From Octopus bimaculoides (lineage: Eukaryota), in the NCBI RefSeq assembly GCF_001194135.2, contig NC_068982.1, positions 23,895,408 through 23,941,911 on the forward strand: 46,504 nt of DNA. The letters are read 5' to 3'. The notes below the pieces were generated by a model. It had not been told where the DNA came from. It saw only the letters and a program-made list of their open reading frames with translations, and did no database searches. Shown here in pieces: positions 22,936 through 35,870 of the stretch. The translations under genes were made by a program, and so were the position numbers. The stretch's first letter is position 1, and each line of letters begins with the position of its first letter.

Positions 22936-23039
22936 TAATTTCTGCTTTGCAAATTTTATTTTTAACAACGAGAATTTTTTGTTGATGTCATATTTTTTTT
23001 TAATATTTAGAAAGAAGTGAAAAAATCCTGTTTTACAAA

Positions 23040-23104
23040 GTTCAGTGGTAGAACGGTTGTCCTCTCGTCTACAGGAGATGTGGTTTCGAATCACACTGGT
23101 AGCC
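23040..23104 (+). pseudogene. tRNA-like relic or SINE head
   Basis: gttcagtggtagaa (tRNA-Gly-like D arm), tcct/agga hairpin and gtggtttcgaatcac T-arm-like segment; acceptor stem not formed. Confidence 0.45.
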
Positions 23105-23159
23105 TTCGTCTTTTGTTATTCAAAATCTTTCCTAAGTATATATAGTTTGTGTATATACA

Positions 23160-23458
23160 CCGAGTGAAAGCGCATGGTTTAGATAGTGAGTTCAGTTCTC
23201 AGCGGTGCGTTGTGTTCTTCAGCAAGACACTTTATTTCATGTTGCTCCAGTCCACTCAGCTTGTAAATTGTGTAGTACCTGTATTTCAAAGGGCCGGGCT
23301 TGTTACAATTTGTATCACGCTGACCCTCCCTGAAAACTACATTAATGGTACACCTCTCACTGAACTGCACAGCCAATTGCTCGTTAATTTCACAAGCAGG
23401 CTGCTCCGTTGGTTGGATTAACTGAAGCTATCGTTGTCGTAACCGACAGAATGCCAGT
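23160..23458 (+). mobile_element. tRNA-derived SINE with CORE-like central domain (internally deleted head)
   Basis: gcgcatggtttag...gagttcagttc head, then gtgttcttcagcaagacactt...ttgctccagtccactcagct.gtaaat (CORE-like). The 3' half matches the copy at 33365-33474. Confidence 0.8.
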
Positions 23459-24010
23459 GTCATGAATATACACAGAGGTCCAAATCCAAAAAAGAAATAA
23501 TAACAACAGCAATAATGTGTCATGCATACATTGACAAATTACCAAAATAAGTGTGTTTTACAGAAAAGGTTAAGGGAAAATGCAAATAATAAAGAATGGA
23601 ATGACAATATAAAAAACTAAATCACTATGCAGAGCCCACAGGAAAACTAAAATTTTTCCTGATTTTCCGAAATCCTATAGACATAGGACTTTTTTCAGCT
23701 GTACTTTCTAGTTTGCATACACTTGTTTAACGTTAGTCCAGTCACTTAGGTTAAACTTCTCTCTTCCTTGCTTAACCAAATTTACTGGAGGGCAACACTT
23801 TCAAATTCAACAGCACGAGACATTTGAAGTAATGCAGAAAAATACCCATTTTATAAGTGTATATTATGTAGGTTTATGACTGGATCATTCATACGTTAAA
23901 CACAATGAATTATATTAACCTGTCTACTCGTTCCTCAAACCTTCTGGCTGATTCGATCGTCTGCATGTGATCAATGTTGTTATCCATCTGTGTGCAACAT
24001 AAGAGACTGC

Positions 24011-24011
<1 letters not shown>

Positions 24012-24057
<46 letters not shown>

Positions 24058-24058
24058 G

Positions 24059-24107
<49 letters not shown>

Positions 24108-24115
24108 TCATCCAT
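24012..24115. repeat. (TATC)n microsatellite
   Basis: Direct reading. Confidence 0.95.
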
Positions 24116-25084
24116 CTCTCTGCTTTTCTATATGTCCGTTTGTCTGTCTGTATGTCCGTCTGTGTGTATGCATGTGCGTGTGTGTGTGTGTGTTCAAGCC
24201 CAATGGAAATTATCAGCCAGTCACGACTTTCAATTCTATCGACCATTCATTCAGTTCTATTATATCCATCTGATATGAAAATTGCATATCTTCCCCAGAA
24301 AGGGTAAATGATAGGTCTATCGTAATGATCAATAACATTCACAGAAGGTTCATCTTCACACGACACATAGTATACGATATAGCCACATAAGTTAGAAATT
24401 TCGAAGAAAGATCAATTTTGTATCTCTGTACCCATATCAGCCTGAGAGAGCTGGTAGCACTTCTTTCAAAACAGCAATATTCAAGTGACATGTCTAAGCC
24501 TAGATTTCTGGAAAAAGGTTCATACTGTACGGACAAATTCTTTAGACAAATTCTCTCGCACACACCAATATCTATGTAAACTCATTAAATACATACAGCG
24601 ACTAATATCATTGAAACGCTTGATAAAGAGAAAAAAAAATATCAATGAGTTTCGAGAAGAGTCTTCATCCGGATTTCAAAACTTATAATCAAATGCATTG
24701 ATTCCTATAAATGTGAAATGTCAGCTATGCCATATCAGCGCCATTTTATAACATAGTACGCTATCCAAGAAATACATTCATGAAACGGCTAGCCCTCACA
24801 TACATAAAATTCAGTCCCGAAGCAAAAAGTGATTAGAGGTACAAATATTCTGACGTATGTATGTACACATTAACGCCCGCCCTTTGCATACGGACACGAG
24901 GGCACAGAGACACACACATATGTGTGTGTTTATATATATATATATGTGTTTGTGTGTGTGCATGTATATATGTACACATATAAATATGTACATATATACA
25001 TATATATATAAATATATATGTATATATATATATGTTAATTCTCTAAATGAAGTATTAACAGTAACTGCACGATAAAGTGTAGTA

Positions 25085-25325
25085 TTTTGCCACTTAAGTG
25101 TGGCTGACCCCTAGGGGTGGATGTTACTGTTGCTTTTAGCCCCAGGAGGACATCTCCTCCAGCTGGCTTATCGACACACGACTGTGTCCTGTTTGCCAAG
25201 GGAGTTATCCCTCTCACCTCGGCCAGCAGCACGAACGTATCCGGATTTCAGGGTTATTTCCCTTCGTCGGCGTTCGACAGCTGATGACCTTGGTGAGAGA
25301 GAAAAACCTGGCAGACCTTATATCT
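25085..25325. mobile_element. GC-rich segment, probable interspersed repeat (unclassified; possibly related to an RTE 5' UTR)
   Basis: Sharp compositional contrast with flanks; imperfect inverted repeat at about 25194-25218 and 25292-25313; no ORF. Family assignment is a guess. Confidence 0.3.
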
Positions 25326-25673
25326 TCTTTTCCAGTGGCATTCTTCACTGATATTGAAAAGGTGAAAACAAGCAATGTTAATTCTCTAAATNNNNNNNNN
25401 NNNNNNNNNNNNNNNNNNNNNNNNNNNNNNNNNNNNNNNNNNNNNNNNNNNNNNNNNNNNNNNNNNNNNNNNNNNNNNNNNNNNNNNNNNNNNNNNNNNN
25501 NNNNNNNNNNNNNNNNNNNNNNNNNNNNNNNNNNNNNNNNNNNNNNNNNNNNNNNNNNNNNNNNNNNNNNNNNNNNNNNNNNNNNNNNNNNNNNNNNNNN
25601 NNNNNNNNNNNNNNNNNNNNNNNNNNNNNNNNNNNNNNNNNNNNNNNNNNNNNNNNNNNNNNNNNNNNNNNNN

Positions 25674-25740
<67 letters not shown>

Positions 25741-26324
25741 TAGATAGACGTATAAATACATGTGCCTATACGTAGTGTTGTCTGAGTGTGACACTATTTC
25801 CGTCCTGTATAATGGAAATATATATATTTTATTTTTATTATAATAGACATACACAGAATTATTTAGTTCGTGAGGTAACATTTGCGTGCTTATTTCTATA
25901 GTAGGTTACCATTCCCATACCAGCAAAACATACCTTTCCAATACAGAAGCATTTAATGCGGCCTTCATGTGTCCAAAACTACATCAATAGTAAAGATTGG
26001 TCGTCTGCCAGTCTAATTTCTCTGTTATTATTCAGCTTGGGTACTTCAGCGTCTGGAAATAAACCTGGCAACACGTTACGGATAACGATATGTATTTAAA
26101 GAAAGCCAACATGCCAACTGCAATATTCCCAAGTCAATAATATAGGAAGCCAATTTTTACAGCGTTAACTGAATTTTTAGAAGCTAACAAAAGAATAACC
26201 ACAGTAGATGAAATAATACGTGCGTGTAAGACGATATACATGTATAACAATACATACATATATATATATGCATATATATTTAATATGCATCTATATGTAT
26301 AAGCACAATTGTGTGTGTGAATAT

Positions 26325-26387
<63 letters not shown>

Positions 26388-27216
26388 NNNNNNNNNNNNN
26401 NNNNNNNNNNNNNNNNNNNNNNNNNNNNNNNNNNNNNNNNNNNNNNNNNNNNNNNNNNNNNNNNNNNNNNNNNNNNNNNNNNNNNNNNNNNNNNNNNNNN
26501 NNNNNNNNNNNNNNNNNNNNNNNNNNNNNNNNNNNNNNNNNNNNNNNNNNNNNNNNNNNNNNNNNNNNNNNNNNNNNNNNNNNNNNNNNNNNNNNNNNNN
26601 NNNNNNNNNNNNNNNNNNNNNNNNNNNNNNNNNNNNNNNNNNNNNNNNNNNNNNNNNNNNNNNNNNNNNNNNNNNNNNNNNNNNNNNNNNNNNNNNNNNN
26701 NNNNNNNNNNNNNNNNNNNNNNNNNNNNNNATATGCACAAGCAAACACAAGGCGACCATATATATGATATATATTCTAATATATCAGCGTAAGTTATTGT
26801 GTGTGTGTGTGTGTGCGTGTATGCATGGATGTTACTAACATATAAGTGCACTAATTATATGTACACCTCTTGAAATATGCAAAAGCAGACACACACACAC
26901 ATACACACACGTATGTTTCCCCAGACAACATCGCTTGGAAAAGCACAAAGAAACGCACAGTCATCCACATATTCACACGTACGCACCCACGCAGACACAC
27001 ATACACACACACACACACATGTATAGGTACATATATAAAACAAAATGTGTCTATATTCCAGTGCTTGTGGATATTCGTGTGTGCATCTGTGGGTGCATGT
27101 CGTGCGATTGTTTGAGTCTGTGTTGGAGCGAGCTTCGATGTGTTGGGGCTGTATACATACGCATAAGTGTGTGTTTCTGTGTGTATGTACACGCACTTAA
27201 ATACACACACATACGT

Positions 27217-27218
<2 letters not shown>

Positions 27219-27262
<44 letters not shown>

Positions 27263-27312
27263 AAGAAGAAGAAGAAGAAGAAGAAGAAGAAGAAGAAGAA
27301 GAAGAAGAAGAA
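27219..27312. repeat. Compound microsatellite, (GTA)n switching to (GAA)n
   Basis: Direct reading; source of the poly-V/E, poly-S/T and poly-L ORFs. Confidence 0.97.
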
Positions 27313-27346
27313 TCCATGCATCGCGATGCGCATTTTGACAAATTAC

Positions 27347-27466
27347 TTGTTTCTTACGATCATAGTCCGTATTCCTGGGATGATTACAGTACAACCCGTA
27401 TTTTCCAGGGACATCAGGTGGACCATAATTCCTGCTTTCATTTCATCAGGGGCTATAGCATTAAAG
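27347..27466 (-). CDS. Candidate internal coding exon (109 or 120 nt), product unknown
   Basis: Acceptor atattcgctgctttcAG (27467-68); donors atc|GTAAGA (exon end 27358) or caa|GTAATT (end 27347). Only one open frame: FNAIAPDEMKAGIMVHLMSLENTGCTVIIPGIRTMI(VRN). Confidence 0.4.
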
Positions 27467-27674
27467 CTGAAAGCAGCGAATATATAACTGAAATATGTTT
27501 ATTAAGTTTCACCTGTGAAGAGGTTCATTGAGATGTATGAGCTATTCTGTATATCCGTTGCGGAAGAATAGAAAGTGATAGATATTCGCACAACATGTAC
27601 TCACGGATGCACACAAAAATATATGTTTGCGTGCTTGTGTTGCTGCGTGCTTAGTGTGTGTATGTGTGTGCTTA

Positions 27675-27727
<53 letters not shown>

Positions 27728-29084
27728 TGAAAGATACAGAAAAGGAAATGATTTTATTCTCAAACGCATATATATATATATGTGTGTGTGTATGTATCAA
27801 GGTGTGTATATAAATACATGCATACTTGTGAGCATGCTAATGCAGCTGCAAATACGAATGTGTCTGCTGGTCCATTTTGTCTACCTGTGTTCGATGCATA
27901 CCTGGATACCGTTGACTTTTACCCAAAGTATATGGACGCAATGTTAATTTAGTTTAATTTGAAATATGCAGAGTAATACAGTTTTTAAACATGTAGAAAA
28001 CGGATGCATATAATTGTATCATTAACATATTAAGCAGTAGTAATTATAATAACGTATCTAGAACTTTTTAATACTTTCTGGTTGATTCGACCGTCAATAT
28101 CTGATATGTCCTGATATGTTCGTAGTGCATGTGCCTGCAACACAAGAAATAACTATTCCACTGCTGTACCTCATTTTACTTTTCTATGTATTTGTACCTG
28201 TGTATATGAGTGTGTTTTTAATTGTTATACCCATATACATTTTAGAATGTGTTTAATACCTGCACACCGTCAAATTATTTTCGTACTAAGCTATAGCTTA
28301 TATGTAAACAAACGCATATTTCCTTCTATGCAGTCTTCTAATAAAACGATAATTTCACAAGATATAAATATACAGATATAGATATATGTTAGTTATATGC
28401 AGATAACGTTTATGTCTCTATAGCTGAAAATGTTTATAGTTATTAATCGTCTTTTTCAAACTTGCTACCAGTTTAAATATGCTTTAGGCATATTGGAACC
28501 CATATAAAAGCCATTCACCGCATTTTATCAAGTAGTAAATTTGTCGCTGTTGAGTCTACAGTGTAAACAAATAAATGGCGAAGACATCGATTTACCTTAA
28601 ATCGCCCAAAACAAGACTGATGGATCCCTACATTTTCGAGTGGTTATCTCCCTTTCACTACAAGACATCTTTTTAGCTATTTCTCGCTGAACTTCTGACA
28701 TGTGAAGCTCCTCTACGTGTGAACTGTAGGACATGATACATGCAAGTGTGTTTGTGTTTTTGAATACTGTATGTGATAGCCTGTGAGAGAATGAGGTGTG
28801 TGTATGAACCACAACTGAACTGAGAGAATAAAAATTGAGATTAGCTAGTGACATAATTTTCGATAATTATTTAATACCAAACATATGTTAGATTGAATAC
28901 GAAGAAGACTTAAGATAAGTAATGTTTGTCGCTTTCGAAGTTTATGACGGAAACACGTGTTCAAAATTGTTTTCTCTCTCGCTTCATAAATATATTGTCT
29001 TACTTATCAGCTTCAAATGAGCGGATGTTTCAACTTCCTACAACTAGAAATGAAGTGCTAGCTGCAATAAGCATACATTATATA

Positions 29085-29295
29085 TTCTTTTATTCTTTTA
29101 ATTGTTTCACTCACTTCACTGCGGCCAGGCTGGAGTTCCGCCTTTAATCGAGCAAGTCGACTCCAGTACTTATTCTTCGTAAGCCCAGTACTTATTCTAT
29201 CGGTATACTTTGCCGAACTGCTAATTTACGGGAACGTGAACAAACCAACATCGGTTATCAAGTGATGGTCGTGGGACAAACACAGACACATAAAC
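29085..29295 (-). mobile_element. SINE 3' body and tail (same family as 1703-1871), abutting (CA)n
   Basis: Direct similarity to 1703-1871; (tctttta)-type tail at the left end. Confidence 0.75.
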
Positions 29296-29310
29296 ACACA
29301 CGCACACACA

Positions 29311-29360
<50 letters not shown>

Positions 29361-29739
29361 NNNNNNNNNNNNNNNNNNNNNNNNNNNNNNNNNNNNNNNN
29401 NNNNNNNNNNNNNNNNNNNNNNNNNNNNNNNNNNNNNNNNNNNNNNNNNNNNNNNNNNNNNNNNNNNNNNNNNNNNNNNNNNNNNNNNNNNNNNNNNNNN
29501 NNNNNNNNNNNNNNNNNNNNNNNNNNNNNNNNNNNNNNNNNNNNNNNNNNNNNNNNNNNNNNNNNNNNNNNNNNNNNNNNNNNNNNNNNNNNNNNNNNNN
29601 NNNNNNNNNNNNNNNNNNNNNNNNNNNNNNNNNNNNNNNNNNNNNNNNNNNNNNNNNNNNNNNNNNNNNNNNNNNNNNNNNNNNNNNNNNNNNNNNNNNN
29701 NNNNNNNNNNNNNNNNNNNAGACAAAAATGTGCAAGGAA

Positions 29740-29788
<49 letters not shown>

Positions 29789-31344
29789 GTGTGTGTGTGT
29801 GTGTTTGGCTATCTTTCATACACATTTCTAACGTAAAACATGTTGCGTTTCGTTTACCTGCATTGATATGCGGAACTATGAAACTCCATCAAAGAATGGT
29901 TTTTAAATTTAGTATATGACTGAAATAAGTATAGCAATCGATGAACTAAAATTTCTGTTGTAGGACATCATCATAATGGCTAAAATTCATTCATTAATTG
30001 ATATCCGTAAAAGAAACGTTTATATACGACCGCGTTTGCATGTTCCTGTTTTCGTTCGTGCATATGTATGTATGTTTATGTGACAATAAAGAGAGGATCA
30101 GACAGAAAGGATGTGAAAGATAAATATGCTCATTCTTTAGCTCATATTTTATGTTTCTTTAAGGAAAGAGAGCACGCAATATGTCAGTGAAATAAGTAAA
30201 AATGATTCTTAAATATGTATATGCATTTCATCATATCAAACCGTTAATCTCTTCCCCTTTTTTCTCTCCGTTATTTTTTTTTTCATTTCCTCGGTGTTCT
30301 TCTTTTTCTTAATACTTTTTATCAAAGAGTACAGGCTCGAAACCTCAAAGACTTTTACATTCTTCCCGAGAGTTAAGCTAATGTACATGCTTGTTATTAC
30401 TACACATGACTTCGTCTTTTCTATTCTGTAAATTTGGACTATATGTAGATAAATGCATGTGTGTATATATATCTATATGTATGAATATGTATGTATGTGT
30501 GTACGTATATATGTGTCTGTGTGCCTGTGTGTATAAAATTAGATATTAAATATTTCTACAAATAACTCACAGCTTAAATCATTAGATTAAAATTATCCGC
30601 CGTTTAATTGTCTTCGGTTTCCCCCTGCATAGTGAAAATGTAAGAAAATGAAAATATAGAATCATTTAAATGAATATAATTAGCAAAGTATCATGCAGAA
30701 TAAATGGTAATGAATGAGGAAAGATATAGGGAAATATTTGGAAATTTTACTTTCATAGAATTCTTTAATGCAAAATACTGCGTAATTATTCTCAATTGAC
30801 AGAAATCGGTAACACTGACGCACAGGTGGATGTCTCAGAAAAGGAACGATGTTGGTATAATCTTAATTTTGACCAGTCCAGAAAATGACTAACGTAAGAG
30901 GAAAGTCTTAATTGGTAGAGCAAAATGAAAGCTTCATATTGTCATTCCCAATATATATTACTGTAACTAATATGTCAGGTAGCAGTTCCCAACAAGTGTA
31001 AAACACATTCTCAGTAGGATTCCTATGTATGCATGTATATGCATGATTATATATGTATGCATGTATATGCATAATTTTGTATGTATTGATTTATAGGGTG
31101 TGTCTGTGCGCGCGTGTGTGTGTATGCCAGGTTGATTGAAAATAATTTTCCTATTTTACGTTTTAAATAATAGTCCAGAGTACATAAGAAAGGCGTATAT
31201 TCATGAAGATACCAGACGAACCAATGGCTCGTAATGAGACGCAGTTTAGGGCAGCTATGTCAAATTCTCTTATACACCAGATGTGCCATCAAAACTCTTG
31301 ATTGGACCATGTCAGGTGGGGGAGAAGAGCCATGGAAGGAACGT

Positions 31345-31402
31345 GAAAATCACGGTGGTGCACCAGCATGACAGCAGCCACTTGGCTGAAACACATAAAT
31401 AA
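31345..31402 (+). mobile_element. Short SINE 3' terminus
   Basis: ggtggtgcaccagcatgacagcagccacttggctgaaac resembles the reverse complement of the tail end of 29100-29145. Confidence 0.5.
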
Positions 31403-32171
31403 ATATATATATATATATATATANNNNNNNNNNNNNNNNNNNNNNNNNNNNNNNNNNNNNNNNNNNNNNNNNNNNNNNNNNNNNNNNNNNNNNNNNNNNN
31501 NNNNNNNNNNNNNNNNNNNNNNNNNNNNNNNNNNNNNNNNNNNNNNNNNNNNNNNNNNNNNNNNNNNNNNNNNNNNNNNNNNNNNNNNNNNNNNNNNNNN
31601 NNNNNNNNNNNNNNNNNNNNNNNNNNNNNNNNNNNNNNNNNNNNNNNNNNNNNNNNNNNNNNNNNNNNNNNNNNNNNNNNNNNNNNNNNNNNNNNNNNNN
31701 NNNNNNNNNNNNNNNNNNNNNNNNNNNNNNNNNNNNNNNNNNNNNNNNNNNNNNNNNNNNNNNNNNNNNNNNNNNNNNNNNNNNNNNNNNNNNNNNNNNN
31801 NNNNNNNNNNNNNNNNNNNNNNNNNNNNNNNNNNNNNNNNNNNNNNNNNNNNNNNNNNNNNNNNNNNNNNNNNNNNNNNNNNNNNNNNNNNNNNNNNNNN
31901 NNNNNNNNNNNNNNNNNNNNNNNNNNNNNNNNNNNNNNNNNNNNNNNNNNNNNNNNNNNNNNNNNNNNNNNNNNNNNNNNNNNNNNNNNNNNNNNNNNNN
32001 NNNNNNNNNNNNNNNNNNNNNNNNNNNNNNNNNNNNNNNNNNNNNNNNNNNNNNNNNNNNNNNNNNNNNNNNNNNNNNNNNNNNNNNNNNNNNNNNNNNN
32101 NNNNNNNNNNNNNNNNNNNNNNNNNNNNNNNNNNNNNNNNNNNNNNNNNNNNNNNNNNNNNNNNNNNNNNN

Positions 32172-32525
32172 NTATAATCAGAATAGCTGGGTGAGGTTTG
32201 TTTTCCATGGGTTCGCAGGTGAGATTTGAGGCCAGCCAAGGACAGACATGGTCTGTCACAGACTGTGCACACAAAAAGGTCCTTGTCATTCACCTTCTCA
32301 GTCTTCACCTTTTTCCTTAAATGTCTCTTGAGCCCTGCTTGCATCATCCTGGCCTCTTCAAATGCTTTCACTCCACTCCACACCCTTGTTCGCCATCCAA
32401 CTCGATCTGAAGCGAGGACTTCTATATCTTTTGGAGCCATTCCAATTGACTTCATAGCAGTCCTTATGCCATCCTTAAACCTTTTTTTTAGGTTTATGCC
32501 GATAACGTTTCCCCTCTGCAAGCTC
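32172..32525 (-). mobile_element. RTE-clade LINE ORF C-terminus with C2H2 finger, 5'-truncated
   Basis: KKRFKDGIRTAMKSIGM..IEVLASDRVGWRTRVWSGVKAFEEAR..KRHLRK..CTVCDRPCLSLAGLKSHLRTH follows the RTE terminal pattern KRFKD..WE.LA.DR..WR..FE..R..C..C.R....GL.SH.R.H. The 3' end runs into a gap. Confidence 0.88.
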
Positions 32526-33364
32526 ACCATAAAACAGCAATATATATGTATATATATTGATATATATTTATTTATATATACGTATATATATGTATATAAA
32601 TATATTTACATATACATATATATATATGTAATTGATGAGTTATAATACAATTCCGCAGTCATAACAACAATACAACATACCTCTGTTTTCAGCTGCCTCA
32701 CGGATACCATTATTGTTTCGACACCAGTGCAGTACTATTCAATCCGGCCTTGTCAACAACACTGAAATAAGTGTTGTTTGGGAAGAAACAGCTCAAAGAA
32801 ATCAACACTTTAAATCACACTTAAACAATGTATAACCGAATCGATAAATAAATTCCATAATTAAAATACGACCCCTCCTAGTTACATAACTAAATATCTA
32901 CAACTCTACTCAGTCATGAAATATTATATTCCATACCGTTTGTCGTAGTGTATCTTAAAGACCACATTATTCTATAAATCAAGACATAGGCAGGATTAAA
33001 CACTAACCTTACTAAAACTAGAACACGAGACATTTAAACCAATGTACATTGTATCAGTATAAATAATAAACTGCAGTAACTAAATTATATACTAAATTGC
33101 GACCCATCTTTAAGTCAATATAAATAATAATCCCACCGGTCTTCCATACATATTACTCTAATGAAAGTGTTTACCTTATAAAAGTTTTCAAAACAAATCA
33201 CGACTGAAATTAATTTAACTAATATTTTTATGAGTGAAATACATTATTTCATCATTTAAAAGTTAATAATATAACACTACATTCTCATTAATATGTCATC
33301 ACTACGAGTTATAATATTAAATTGCCGGTGACTAATATACACTTAAATTTCATTAAATAGGAAC

Positions 33365-33474
33365 TTCCCCGAGAACTACGTTAAGGGTGCACGTGTCTGT
33401 GGCGTGCTCAACCACTTACACGTTAATTTCACGAGCAGGCTGTTCCGTTGATCGTATCAACAGGAACCCTCGAT
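33365..33474 (+). mobile_element. 5'-truncated copy of the SINE at 23160-23458
   Basis: gagaactacgttaagggt.cac...cgttaatttcacgagcaggctgttccgttg matches 23333-23420. Confidence 0.85.
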
Positions 33475-33601
33475 GAACTTTTACCTTTTACATATTTCAG
33501 TCATATGCTCAAAGCCCCAGTTCTTATAGCTTCTTTTATTTTTATATATCTATTATTATTATTATTATTAATAATATTATTATTATTGTTATTATTATTA
33601 T

Positions 33602-34446
33602 GTTGTATTTTTCTTCTTTCTTCAAATTTTCTTCCATTTCTCGCCGAGTGTTTTCCGTGCACCTAGGGCAGACAAGCTCGTTGTATGCATTCCCAGTTTA
33701 CACACGCAAATTCACAAGTAAAATATGTATTTTAAAAAAAAATCATGAATGGATGTTGTTTTCACAGCGATAATGCTCTTCCCAGTACATGAGTCGTTCC
33801 AGTTAGCACGATTTTTTGCACTAACTGTAGGGAGGGTAAGCCTGGTATCATTTTCAAATAGTTTTCAGTACCTTTTTTTTATAATTCCTAGAGATCCTAC
33901 AATCACTGGTACGGTAGTCGCCTTGAGGTGTCACATTTTTTCAATTTCTATTAGCAAGTCTTTATATTTACTGATCTTGTTAAATACTTTCGCCGCTATA
34001 TTATGATCACAGGGAATACACATGTCAATTAATAAACACGTCTTCTTTGTCTGATCTTTTATAGTAATATCCGGTTTATTACCTTTCATTGCCTTGTCGG
34101 TGTGTACGGGGAAGTCCCAGATAATCGATACATTTTCTCCCTCAGTCACAGCTTCAGGATGGTGTTTACACCATTTGTCAGCGGTTTTGATTTTATAATG
34201 CTGACATATTGTCCAGTGTAAATACTGGCCAACTCTGTCATGTCTTGCTTTATATTCTACAGGTGCTAAAACTCTACACCCTGAGATTAGGTGGTATATA
34301 GTTTCAATCGCATCGTTACAGAGTGGCATTTTGGGTCAGCTCCATTTTTTATCACATTGGCTTGGTAGTTTCGGATTAATAAGCTTTGGTCTTGAGCAGC
34401 CAATTTGAAACCTTCACTCTCTGCTTTTAGCCCTGAGCTTCGTAAC

Positions 34447-34448
<2 letters not shown>
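33602..34448 (-). mobile_element. R4/Dong-like LINE, 5'-truncated: CCHC, RLE endonuclease and 3' UTR, flanked by (TAA)n
   Basis: WLRSSGLKAESEGFKLAAQDQSL, then LCNDAIETIYHLISGC, YKARHDRVG, NKPDITIKD..CLLIDMCIP and KYKDL, ending VQKIVLTGTTHVLGRALSL*. Sense-strand (AAT)n tracts at 33551-33601 and 34449-34513. Confidence 0.93.
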
Positions 34449-34513
<65 letters not shown>

Positions 34514-35694
34514 GGTTTTGAGTTACCTCTAAGATGATGGAACTTAAACAACATCAGTACCGATAAGGAATTCATTCCTTTGATTTATAGTTTTACAATA
34601 TGTCTCTACCATCAAAGAATATTTGAGAATGTCCATTCATATAATAGAATAGTTTATGACCAGTGTGCTTAGTTATATAAAATTAAGAAAGAAGTAAATA
34701 TTTTCTTCTGTAACTATGGAAGCACTATGGAACAATGTTATCAGAAAACAAATTACGATAATTAAATAACAATTTTATTTTGGCAATCATCCGAATACGC
34801 TCGTATTGTTAAATTGCCATGCCAAAACCTTCGTCTTACTCAGTACAACATATCTACGAATTTCCTGTCCTAATGACAGAGAGATTTTCCTGATAGTTCA
34901 GGTCTTCCTAAAGATTATGTCGCAATTTTAATTATCTAAATAGTCGCCTTGAAGTGTGTCAGTTTTGTCATTTCGCCATGAAAAAAAAAAAAAAGCCAAA
35001 AACACAGTACGGTTAGTGATTTGGACTTAGGTCAAAGGCATTGCGATATGTCCTTAGGTAAAAGACTTATCTCTATTTGAATCAGGTTTAGTACAGAAGA
35101 TGAGAGCTATTAAACGGTGCAGAATGATATGATGATAACTAATGAGGAATTCAATGCATTATCCCTTGAACACTAAAACCATTTTGGCAAAAAAATTGTC
35201 TTTAATCGTGTAGAGGTAAATGATATGTAAATCTGCCAAATTTAAGCATCAAAGAACGATCAGCTATCTATTCAGTTTCTGGTCAACAAAGGAATTTTAT
35301 AATATACCTTTTTAGTGAATTTCTAAATCTGTAAATGTTAGCACATTGACCTGTTACATTTTGATTCATGTCAAAATTTGTTTTTATTAATTTTAAGATG
35401 AATTGGCAAGGAATCGTATTATATTTATTTAGACAGTATATCTTCGATATTTTATGCTCACTTTAACCACTTGGGTCCACAGATTTCAATTTACTTATGG
35501 CAGAAAAATATATTGGACACAAGGTGTGTTCATTAGAAGAGGAAGTGAAAACCAAAATGTCAGGGTTTCAAATATATGTGAACTGTTATGAACATTACGA
35601 AATCTATTTGTGCTTTTTCGTATAAACACAGAGGGATATAACACTATTAGAATACAATTAGAATATTCGTTCTCAATATTTGGCTTGGAATAAG

Positions 35695-35870
35695 ACAGCG
35701 ATCTGGCAGAATACTTAGCAGACCGGGCAAAATGCTTAGCAACATTTCGTACGTCTTTACGCTCTGAGATCAAATTCTGCCGAGGTCGACGTTGCTATTC
35801 ATCCCTTTGTCGTCAGTAAAGACTACAAGTGAACAATGTGGTCGATGCAGTCGAATTACTCATTCTCCCA
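35695..35870 (+). mobile_element. tRNA-derived SINE (same family as 1872-2004)
   Basis: ctggcagaatacttagcagaccgggcaaaatgcttagc...gagatcaaattctgccgaggtcgac. Confidence 0.8.

Noticed and set aside
23040-23104. Functional tRNA gene
   Set aside because: No acceptor stem and no canonical 7 nt anticodon loop; kept only as a relic.
25281-25312. Perfect CUGAUGA followed by GAAA
   Set aside because: The 10.1-11.1 closing pair would be C-A, and stems I and III do not form.
32177-32290. Host C2H2 zinc-finger gene exon
   Set aside because: The finger is in frame with RTE ORF motifs and is the normal C-terminus of that clade.
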